Of a stretch of DNA of 24,082 bases, positions 9,205-20,600 are shown in pieces. The translations under genes and the position numbers were made by a program. Origin of the DNA: Macrostomum lignano (Eukaryota); assembly GCA_002269645.1 (NCBI GenBank), contig NIVC01002941.1:1-24082 (forward strand), written 5' to 3'. Position 1 is the first letter of the stretch; the number at the start of each line of letters is the position of its first letter. Under the pieces are notes generated by a model. That model was not told the DNA's origin and searched no databases. It was given only the letters and a program-made list of their open reading frames with translations.

Positions 9205-9657
9205 GACGGCTGGCGACCCATCCTGCGATTCGACAAGAACGACCACGCCAAGTCCAGCATCGTGTTCGGTCGCGCCCAGCCCGCCAAGTGCGCCGTGTTC
9301 TGCCTGGCCCTCATGGGCAAAGGCATGCTGCGCGCCTGCAAAGCGCCGCTCGACGCTCGCTCGGCGATTCGTTCGGTCATCTTCGACACCTGGTACAAGG
9401 AAGTGTACACCGAGTTTACCAAGGACCTGTGGTGGGGTATGAACCTTGGGGGGACGCCCTGGTCTCGTTCGGTTGTTCCGTCGGTCGCTCTGCTACTCGC
9501 CATCGTTGAGGCGCTCCGCAACCTGGGCTGGCAGCTCATGCTGACGGTACGCACCAGCGGGCTGTATCCCAAGGGCGAGTACAAAGACCAGAAAGGCGAG
9601 ACCAGACGGTTCAATCACTGCGATGTGGACACCATGTTCTTCTACAAGCCGGTATGA
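9205..9657 (+). CDS. Exon 4 of 4 (150 codons plus stop)
   Basis: Polypyrimidine acceptor cttccccctttcAG ends at 9204. The reading is DGWRPILRFDKND...DVDTMFFYKPV*, in frame with the listed ORF 9262-9657. TGA at 9655-9657. Confidence 0.88.
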   Translation, partial: DGWRPILRFDKNDHAKSSIVFGRAQPAKCAVFCLALMGKGMLRACKAPLDARSAIRSVIFDTWYKEVYTEFTKDLWWGMNLGGTPWSRSVVPSVALLLAIVEALRNLGWQLMLTVRTSGLYPKGEYKDQKGETRRFNHCDVDTMFFYKPV

Positions 9658-10258
9658 GTCGGCGGAACTGGAGCCACCCTGTTCGGTTAACACTTAAAGA
9701 GGGTTTTTAAACACTTTTCAATTTCGTTGTCTCGATTCTGTCTTATTATTGTCAATATTTTCTCATATTTACCTTTGCCTATCATTCGTTTATCTCATTT
9801 ATGCATCTGTCCATCTCATTCATGATTCTCTGTCTGATCCGAGAACCTCCCTACCTCACCCCTCCATTCAGACGTTGAGAAGCTCATACTTGTGAGCACA
9901 TCTGAACCATTCTGAGCCGTTCGCTGACATTATCAAAAACTTTTTTAATCAGATATGTCTGCCTGCCCTATAGCTTAAAATTGTGTACCTGTGTGCCAGT
10001 TTCTTTATCGGAGACAATTTGAGTTTTACAGAACACATTATACAAAATAATCTCATGATTTAACCGGAATAGCTTTTTTGTAGCATCAGAAGTCATTGTA
10101 GTCTTGTGAAAACTTTGTTCGGAATAATATACCTGGCTTGACTGCAAACTCCATTCTGGAACCCAGTTCCTGTCTGTCCAAAAATATGCAGCCATTTATT
10201 GTTTTAGTTTGTGATAGTTTGTTTCTGTCTGGTTGTTTCTCGTTTTCCGTATGCATGC

Positions 10259-10260
<2 letters not shown>

Positions 10261-10337
<77 letters not shown>
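10261..10337. repeat. (CAGA)n microsatellite
   Basis: About 19 perfect tetranucleotide units. Confidence 0.97.
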
Positions 10338-10364
10338 TACCGCTGTCTGTGTGTTTAGCGGGAC

Positions 10365-11617
10365 CAGAGTTTGGTTAATGCATTAGGTGGACCACCTAGT
10401 TTCCTTATAAAACCGGTGTCTTTTGTCTCTACACGAAAAGTTAGCGTGGGTTGTCTTTCAGTTTAGCCTGCAGATTAGCCATCTCGTGGAAACTGCATGT
10501 CACTTTCAACTGGGATAGCTGGACCAGCCCGGACCTGTTTTAGGTGGACCTTCAAAAAGACACCGTTTAGGTGGACCATCATTTATTTAGCAGAGTACTG
10601 GGATTATTATCGACCCAGTACTGTTAAGCACGAGAAACAACACTAAAAGTCACGTGACAGAAGTCCCAAATACACAATATGTAATAAAGTGAAAATAATG
10701 CATTCAGTTCTAGTTTGCTCCGGACTCAAGAACCATCATCCCCATTAAAAACAAATGAATCAAATGCAACTAATTTTTAGGCCGAGAAAAATAGTTACAA
10801 GTGCAAATTAACGGCCAAGCAAAAGTTTAAATAGCAAAAAGTCATATTTGTTTTTCACTAGAATAATGATAAACCTAAAGAAACGCACTTAACGTCCCAA
10901 ATATGTGCCAAAAGGCAAGTAGATTGACGACGATATAATTATTAAATACATTTGCCTAATAAATTTCACGTATTACAATAAAAAAACTTTCCATTCAATT
11001 TTTGAAAAATGAAAAAAGTTTTACCGGACGGACGAGACATGTTACGACGGATAGCGGAATCATCTCACAGAAAGCCACAAGCTGTCGCAGTCAATATCAT
11101 CATAAACAAACTTTTGCGGTTGAGCACAAAAAAATCGTCTTCATTTTGCCGGAGTTGCTTGCGTCACTCGTCTGCATCAAAGCTGACTTGCCGTCTCCAG
11201 ACTGGGCCTGTCAAATTTGGCATTTATACGAGAATTCAGGATTGACAGTTTACAACTGATATTCTACTGAGACTTTGAAACAGACTGGCATATTGGTGTC
11301 AGTGCAGTCTGTAGGTTAGCTGGACCACCTAAACTTGAATTCCACCTCCTATCTGTGGGGCTCTTAAACAGACTTGATCAGTTGCGTCAGTGCAGTCTGT
11401 AGGTTAGCTGGACCACCTAAACTTGAATTCCACCCCATCTATGAGGCTCTAAAACAGACTGGCTCTGTGGCGTCAGTGCAGTCTGTAGGTTAGCTGGACC
11501 TCCTAAACTTGAATTCCACCCCATCTATGAGGCTCTAAAACAGACTGGCTCTGTGGCGTCAGTACAGTCTGTAGGTTAGCTGGACCAGTTCAATTAGAAT
11601 AGGATAAGCCAAATCTG
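10365..11617 (+). mobile_element. Putative degenerate or non-autonomous hAT-like DNA transposon
   Basis: Imperfect terminal match: CAGAGTTTGGTTAA (10365) versus the reverse complement of TAA(G/A)CCAAATCTG (11605-11617). Subterminal TAG(G/C)TGGACC motifs occur at both ends. A frameshifted peptide resembles the hAT C-terminal dimerisation region. No TSD found. Confidence 0.4.
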
Positions 11618-14600
11618 AACACTTTTGCAGCAAGCTCATCACAGTAGATTCAATCTCGTCCTATGACTGAACTGCGATGAGGCAACACGTCTGTCCACCG
11701 GACTGACCAGCGTCTCAGGTGCCTCAGCCGACTTCTTAGAAGTGTCCAGACGTGAGGTGTCAGCCTATAGTCGACTAATGGCTCTTGGCCTTTAAAGTCT
11801 TGGTCGATATCTTGCTGGAGTTGCTTGCGTCACTCGTCTGCATCAAAGCTGACTTGCCGTCTCCAGACTGGGCCTGTCAAATTTGGCATTTATACGAGAA
11901 TTCAGGATTGACAGTTTACAACTGATATTCTACTGAGACTTTGAAACAGACTGGCATATTGGTGTCAGTACAGTCTGTAGGTTAGCTGGACCACCTAAAC
12001 TTGAATTCCACCTCCTATCTGTGAGGCTCTTCAACAGACTGGCTCAGTTGCGTCAGTGCAGTCTGTAGGTTAGCTGGACCAGCTAAACTTGAATTCCACC
12101 TCCTATTGGTGAGGCTCTAAAACAGACTGGCTCAGTTGCGTCAGTGCAGTCTGTAGGTTAGCTGGACCAGCTAAACTTGAATTCCACCTCCTATCTGTGA
12201 GGCTCTAAAACAGACTGGATCAGTTGCGTCAGTACAGTCTGTAGGTTAGCTGGACCACCTAAACTTGAATTCCACCCCATCTGTGAGGCTCTAAAACAGA
12301 CTGGCTCTGTGGCGTCAGTACAGTCTGTAGGTTAGCTGGACCAGTTCAATTAGAATAGGATAAGCCAAATCTGAACACTTTGCAGCAAGCTCACCACAGT
12401 AGATTCAATCTCGTCCTATGACTGAACTGCGATGAGGCAACACGTCTGTCCACCGGACTGACCAGCGTCTCAGGTGCCTCAGCTGACTTCTTAGAAGTGT
12501 CCAGACGTGAGGTGTCAGCCTATAGTCGACTTAATGGCTCTTGGTCTTAAAGTCTTGGTCGATATCTTGCTGGAGTTGCTTGCGTCACTCGTCTGCATCA
12601 AAGCTGACTTGCCGTCTCCAGACTGGGCCTGTCAAATTTGGCATTTATACGAGAATTAAGGATTGACAGTTTACAACTGATATTCTACTGAGACTTTGAA
12701 ACAGACTGGCATATTGGTGTCAGTACAGTCTGTAGGTTAGCTGGACCACCTAAACTAGAATTCCACCTCCTATCTGTGAGGCTCTTCAACAGACTGGCTC
12801 AGTTGCGTCAGTGCAGTCTGTAGGTTAGCTGGACCAGCTAAACTTGAATTCCACCTCCTATCTGTGAGGCTCTTAAACAGACTTGATCAGTTGCGTCAGT
12901 ACAGTCTGTAGGTTAGCTGGACCACCTAAACTTGAATTCCACCCCATCTGTGAGGCTCTAAAACAGACTGGCTCTGTGGCGTCAGTACAGTCTGTAGGTT
13001 AGCTGGACCAGTTCAATTAGAATAGGATAAACCAAATCTGAACACTTTTGCAGCAAGCTCACCACAGTAGATTCAATCTCGTCCTATGACTGAACTGCGA
13101 TGAGGCAACACGTCTGTCCACCGGACTGACCAGCGTCTCAGGTGCCTAAGCCGACTTCTTAGAAGTTTCCAGACGTGAGGTGTCAGCCTATAGTCGACTA
13201 ATCGCTCTTGGCCTTTAAAGTCTTGGTCGATATCTTGCTGGAGTTGCTTGCGTCACTCGTCTGCATCAAAGCTGACTTGCCGTCTCCAGACTGGGCCTGT
13301 CAAATTTGGCATTTATACGAGAATTCAGGATTGACAGTTTACAACTGATATTCTACTGAGACTTTGAAACAGACTGGCATATTGGTGTCAGTGCAGTCTG
13401 TAGGTTAGCTGGACCACCTAAACTTGAATTCCACCTCCTATCTGTGAGGCTCTTAAACAGACTGGCTCTGTGGCGTCAGTGCAGTCTGTAGGTTAGCTGG
13501 ACCTCCTAAACTTGAATTCCACCCCATCTATGAGGCTCTAAAACAGACTGGCTCTGTGGCGTCAGTACAGTCTGTAGGTTAGCTGGACCAGTTCAATTAG
13601 AATAGGATAAGCCAAATCTGAACACTTTTGCAGCAAGCTCACCACAGTAGATTCAATCTCGTCCTATGACTGAACTGCGATGAGGCAACACGTCTGTCCA
13701 CCGGACTGACCAGCGTCTCAGGTGCCTCAGCCGACTTCTTAGAAGTGTCCAGACGTGAGGTGTCAGCCTATAGTCGACTAATGGCTCTTGGCCTTTAAAG
13801 TCTTGGTCGATATCTTGCTGGAGTTGCTTGCGTCACTCGTCTGCATCAAAGCTGACTTGCCGTCTCCAGACTGGGCCTGTCAAATTTGGCATTTATACGA
13901 GAATTCAGGATTGACAGTTTACAACTGATATTCTACTGAGACTTTGAAACAGACTGGCATATTGGTGTCAGTACAGTCTGTAGGTTAGCTGGACCACCTA
14001 AACTTGAATTCCACCTCCTATCTGTGAGGCTCTTCAACAGACTGGCTCAGTTGCGTCAGTGCAGTCTGTAGGTTAGCTGGACCAGCTAAACTTGAATTCC
14101 ACCTCCTATTGGTGAGGCTCTAAAACAGACTGGCTCAGTTGCGTCAGTGCAGTCTGTAGGTTAGCTGGACCACCTAAACTTGAATTCCACCTCCTATCTG
14201 TGAGGCTCTAAAACAGACTGGATCAGTTGCGTCAGTACAGTCTGTAGGTTAGCTGGACCACCTAAACTTGAATTCCACCCCATCTGTGAGGCTCTAAAAC
14301 AGACTGGCTCTGTGGCGTCAGTACAGTCTGTAGGTTAGCTGGACCAGTTCAATTAGAATAGGATAAGCCAAATCTGAACACTTTGCAGCAAGCTCACCAC
14401 AGTAGATTCAATCTCGTCCTATGACTGAACTGCGATGAGGCAACACGTCTGTCCACCGGACTGACCAGCGTCTCAGGTGCCTCAGCTGACTTCTTAGAAG
14501 TGTCCAGACGTGAGGTGTCAGCCTATAGTCGACTTAATGGCTCTTGGTCTTAAAGTCTTGGTCGATATCTTGCTGGAGTTGCTTGCGTCACTCGTCTGCA

Positions 14601-17600
14601 TCAAAGCTGACTTGCCGTCTCCAGACTGGGCCTGTCAAATTTGGCATTTATACGAGAATTCAGGATTGACAGTTTACAACTGATATTCTACTGAGACTTT
14701 GAAACAGACTGGCATATTGGTGTCAGTACAGTCTGTAGGTTAGCTGGACCACCTAAACTTGAATTCCACCTCCTATCTGTGAGGCTCTTCAACAGACTGG
14801 CTCAGTTGCGTCAGTGCAGTCTGTAGGTTAGCTGGACCAGCTAAACTTGAATTCCACCTCCTATTGGTGAGGCTCTAAAACAGACTGGCTCAGTTGCGTC
14901 AGTGCAGTCTGTAGGTTAGCTGGACCACCTAAACTTGAATTCCACCTCCTATCTGTGAGGCTCTTCAACAGACTGGATCAGTTGCGTCAGTACAGTCTGT
15001 AGGTTAGCTGGACCACCTAAACTTGAATTCCACCCCATCTGTGAGGCTCTAAAACAGACTGGCTCTGTGGCGTCAGTACAGTCTGTAGGTTAGCTGGACC
15101 AGTTCAATTAGAATAGGATAAGCCAAATCTGAACACTTTGCAGCAAGCTCACCACAGTAGATTCAATCTCGTCCTATGACTGAACTGCGATGAGGCAACA
15201 CGTCTGTCCACCGGACTGACCAGCGTCTCAGGTGCCTCAGCTGACTTCTTAGAAGTGTCCAGACGTGAGGTGTCAGCCTATAGTCGACTTAATGGCTCTT
15301 GGTCTTAAAGTCTTGGTCGATATCTTGCTGGAGTTGCTTGCGTCACTCGTCTGCATCAAAGCTGACTTGCCGTCTCCAGACTGGGCCTGTCAAATTTGGC
15401 ATTTATACGAGAATTCAGGATTGACAGTTTACAACTGATATTCTACTGAGACTTTGAAAAAGACTGGCATATTGGTGTCAGTGCAGTCTGTAGGTTAGCT
15501 GGACCACCTAAACTTGAATTCCACCTCCTATCTGTGAGGCTCTTAAACAGACTGGCTCTGTGGCGTCAGTGCAGTCTGTAGGTTAGCTGGACCTCCTAAA
15601 CTTGAATTCCACCCCATCTATGAGGCTCTAAAACAGACTGGCTCTGTGGCGTCAGTACAGTCTGTAGGTTAGCTGGACCACCTAAACTTGAATTCCACCT
15701 CCTATCTGTGGGGCTCTTAAACAGACTTGATCAGTTGCGTCAGTGCAGTCTGTAGGTTAGCTGGACCACCTAAACTTGAATTCCACCCCATCTATGAGGC
15801 TCTAAAACAGACTGGCTCTGTGGCGTCAGTGCAGTCTGTAGGTTAGCTGGACCTCCTAAACTTGAATTCCACCCCATCTATGAGGCTCTAAAACAGACTG
15901 GCTCTGTGGCGTCAGTACAGTCTGTAGGTTAGCTGGACCAGTTCAATTAGAATAGGATAAGCCAAATCTGAACACTTTTGCAGCAAGCTCATCACAGTAG
16001 ATTCAATCTCGTCCTATGACTGAACTGCGATGAGGCAACACGTCTGTCCACCGGACTGACCAGCGTCTCAGGTGCCTCAGCCGACTTCTTAGAAGTGTCC
16101 AGACGTGAGGTGTCAGCCTATAGTCGACTAATGGCTCTTGGCCTTTAAAGTCTTGGTCGATATCTTGCTGGAGTTGCTTGCGTCACTCGTCTGCATCAAA
16201 GCTGACTTGCCGTCTCCAGACTGGGCCTGTCAAATTTGGCATTTATACGAGAATTCAGGATTGACAGTTTACAACTGATATTCTACTGAGACTTTGAAAC
16301 AGACTGGCATATTGGTGTCAGTACAGTCTGTAGGTTAGCTGGACCACCTAAACTTGAATTCCACCTCCTATCTGTGAGGCTCTTCAACAGACTGGCTCAG
16401 TTGCGTCAGTGCAGTCTGTAGGTTAGCTGGACCAGCTAAACTTGAATTCCACCTCCTATTGGTGAGGCTCTAAAACAGACTGGCTCAGTTGCGTCAGTGC
16501 AGTCTGTAGGTTAGCTGGACCAGCTAAACTTGAATTCCACCTCCTATCTGTGAGGCTCTAAAACAGACTGGATCAGTTGCGTCAGTACAGTCTGTAGGTT
16601 AGCTGGACCACCTAAACTTGAATTCCACCCCATCTGTGAGGCTCTAAAACAGACTGGCTCTGTGGCGTCAGTACAGTCTGTAGGTTAGCTGGACCAGTTC
16701 AATTAGAATAGGATAAGCCAAATCTGAACACTTTGCAGCAAGCTCACCACAGTAGATTCAATCTCGTCCTATGACTGAACTGCGATGAGGCAACACGTCT
16801 GTCCACCGGACTGACCAGCGTCTCAGGTGCCTCAGCTGACTTCTTAGAAGTGTCCAGACGTGAGGTGTCAGCCTATAGTCGACTTAATGGCTCTTGGTCT
16901 TAAAGTCTTGGTCGATATCTTGCTGGAGTTGCTTGCGTCACTCGTCTGCATCAAAGCTGACTTGCCGTCTCCAGACTGGGCCTGTCAAATTTGGCATTTA
17001 TACGAGAATTAAGGATTGACAGTTTACAACTGATATTCTACTGAGACTTTGAAACAGACTGGCATATTGGTGTCAGTACAGTCTGTAGGTTAGCTGGACC
17101 ACCTAAACTTGAATTCCACCTCCTATCTGTGAGGCTCTTCAACAGACTGGCTCTGTGGCGTCAGTGCAGTCTGTAGGTTAGCTGGACCTCCTAAACTTGA
17201 ATTCCACCCCATCTATGAGGCTCTAAAACAGACTGGCTCTGTGGCGTCAGTACAGTCTGTAGGTTAGCTGGACCAGTTCAATTAGAATAGGATAAGCCAA
17301 ATCTGAACACTTTTGCAGCAAGCTCACCACAGTAGATTCAATCTCGTCCTATGACTGAACTGCGATGAGGCAACACGTCTGTCCACCGGACTGACCAGCG
17401 TCTCAGGTGCCTCAGCCGACTTCTTAGAAGTGTCCAGACGTGAGGTGTCAGCCTATAGTCGACTAATGGCTCTTGGCCTTTAAAGTCTTGGTCGATATCT
17501 TGCTGGAGTTGCTTGCGTCACTCGTCTGCATCAAAGCTGACTTGCCGTCTCCAGACTGGGCCTGTCAAATTTGGCATTTATACGAGAATTCAGGATTGAC

Positions 17601-20600
17601 AGTTTACAACTGATATTCTACTGAGACTTTGAAACAGACTGGCATATTGGTGTCAGTACAGTCTGTAGGTTAGCTGGACCACCTAAACTTGAATTCCACC
17701 TCCTATCTGTGAGGCTCTTCAACAGACTGGCTCAGTTGCGTCAGTGCAGTCTGTAGGTTAGCTGGACCAGCTAAACTTGAATTCCACCTCCTATCTGTGA
17801 GGCTCTTAAACAGACTTGATCAGTTGCGTCAGTACAGTCTGTAGGTTAGCTGGACCACCTAAACTTGAATTCCAGCCCATCTGTGAGGCTCTAAAACAGA
17901 CTGGCTCTGTGGCGTCAGTACAGTCTGTAGGTTAGCTGGACCAGTTCAATTAGAATAGGATAAACCAAATCTGAACACTTTTGCAGCAAGCTCACCACAG
18001 TAGATTCAATCTCGTCCTATGACTGAACTGCGATGAGGCAACACGTCTGTCCACCGGACTGACCAGCGTCTCAGGTGCCTAAGCCGACTTCTTAGAAGTT
18101 TCCAGACGTGAGGTGTCAGCCTATAGTCGACTAATCGCTCTTGGCCTTTAAAGTCTTGGTCGATATCTTGCTGGAGTTGCTTGCGTCACTCGTCTGCATC
18201 AAAGCTGACTTGCCGTCTCCAGACTGGGCCTGTCAAATTTGGCATTTATACGAGAATTCAGGATTGACAGTTTACAACTGATATTCTACTGAGACTTTGA
18301 AACAGACTGGCATATTGGTGTCAGTGCAGTCTGTAGGTTAGCTGGACCACCTAAACTTGAATTCCACCTCCTATCTGTGAGGCTCTTAAACAGACTGGCT
18401 CTGTGGCGTCAGTGCAGTCTGTAGGTTAGCTGGACCTCCTAAACTTGAATTCCACCCCATCTATGAGGCTCTAAAACAGACTGGCTCTGTGGCGTCAGTA
18501 CAGTCTGTAGGTTAGCTGGACCAGTTCAATTAGAATAGGATAAGCCAAATCTGAACACTTTTGCAGCAAGCTCACCACAGTAGATTCAATCTCGTCCTAT
18601 GACTGAACTGCGATGAGGCAACACGTCTGTCCACCGGACTGACCAGCGTCTCAGGTGCCTCAGCCGACTTCTTAGAAGTGTCCAGACGTGAGGTGTCAGC
18701 CTATAGTCGACTAATGGCTCTTGGCCTTTAAAGTCTTGGTCGATATCTTGCTGGAGTTGCTTGCGTCACTCGTCTGCATCAAAGCTGACTTGCCGTCTCC
18801 AGACTGGGCCTGTCAAATTTGGCATTTATACGAGAATTCAGGATTGACAGTTTACAACTGATATTCTACTGAGACTTTGAAACAGACTGGCATATTGGTG
18901 TCAGTACAGTCTGTAGGTTAGCTGGACCACCTAAACTTGAATTCCACCTCCTATCTGTGAGGCTCTTCAACAGACTGGCTCAGTTGCGTCAGTGCAGTCT
19001 GTAGGTTAGCTGGACCAGCTAAACTTGAATTCCACCTCCTATTGGTGAGGCTCTAAAACAGACTGGCTCAGTTGCGTCAGTGCAGTCTGTAGGTTAGCTG
19101 GACCAGCTAAACTTGAATTCCACCTCCTATCTGTGAGGCTCTAAAACAGACTGGATCAGTTGCGTCAGTACAGTCTGTAGGTTAGCTGGACCACCTAAAC
19201 TTGAATTCCACCCCATCTGTGAGGCTCTAAAACAGACTGGCTCTGTGGCGTCAGTACAGTCTGTAGGTTAGCTGGACCAGTTCAATTAGAATAGGATAAG
19301 CCAAATCTGAACACTTTGCAGCAAGCTCACCACAGTAGATTCAATCTCGTCCTATGACTGAACTGCGATGAGGCAACACGTCTGTCCACCGGACTGACCA
19401 GCGTCTCAGGTGCCTCAGCTGACTTCTTAGAAGTGTCCAGACGTGAGGTGTCAGCCTATAGTCGACTTAATGGCTCTTGGTCTTAAAGTCTTGGTCGATA
19501 TCTTGCTGGAGTTGCTTGCGTCACTCGTCTGCATCAAAGCTGACTTGCCGTCTCCAGACTGGGCCTGTCAAATTTGGCATTTATACGAGAATTCAGGATT
19601 GACAGTTTACAACTGATATTCTACTGAGACTTTGAAACAGACTGGCATATTGGTGTCAGTACAGTCTGTAGGTTAGCTGGACCACCTAAACTTGAATTCC
19701 ACCTCCTATCTGTGAGGCTCTTCAACAGACTGGCTCAGTTGCGTCAGTGCAGTCTGTAGGTTAGCTGGACCAGCTAAACTTGAATTCCACCTCCTATTGG
19801 TGAGGCTCTAAAACAGACTGGCTCAGTTGCGTCAGTGCAGTCTGTAGGTTAGCTGGACCACCTAAACTTGAATTCCACCTCCTATCTGTGAGGCTCTAAA
19901 ACAGACTGGATCAGTTGCGTCAGTACAGTCTGTAGGTTAGCTGGACCACCTAAACTTGAATTCCACCCCATCTGTGAGGCTCTAAAACAGACTGGCTCTG
20001 TGGCGTCAGTACAGTCTGTAGGTTAGCTGGACCAGTTCAATTAGAATAGGATAAGCCAAATCTGAACACTTTGCAGCAAGCTCACCACAGTAGATTCAAT
20101 CTCGTCCTATGACTGAACTGCGATGAGGCAACACGTCTGTCCACCGGACTGACCAGCGTCTCAGGTGCCTCAGCTGACTTCTTAGAAGTGTCCAGACGTG
20201 AGGTGTCAGCCTATAGTCGACTTAATGGCTCTTGGTCTTAAAGTCTTGGTCGATATCTTGCTGGAGTTGCTTGCGTCACTCGTCTGCATCAAAGCTGACT
20301 TGCCGTCTCCAGACTGGGCCTGTCAAATTTGGCATTTATACGAGAATTCAGGATTGACAGTTTACAACTGATATTCTACTGAGACTTTGAAACAGACTGG
20401 CATATTGGTGTCAGTGCAGTCTGTAGGTTAGCTGGACCACCTAAACTTGAATTCCACCTCCTATCTGTGAGGCTCTTAAACAGACTGGCTCTGTGGCGTC
20501 AGTGCAGTCTGTAGGTTAGCTGGACCTCCTAAACTTGAATTCCACCCCATCTATGAGGCTCTAAAACAGACTGGCTCTGTGGCGTCAGTACAGTCTGTAG

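Noticed and set aside
3620-9693. Antisense or alternative-frame ORFs over exons (3620-3850, 3925-4128, 6334-6648, 8038-8259, 9033-9509, 9201-9614, 9493-9693)
   Set aside because: Shadow ORFs expected from GC3-rich coding sequence. No independent splice or homology support.
11600-11960. Hammerhead ribozyme / retrozyme monomer
   Set aside because: No CUGANGA...GAAA core in proper arrangement was found by eye on either strand (CTGATATT and GCGATGAG are only partial). An Infernal/RNAMotif scan would be decisive.
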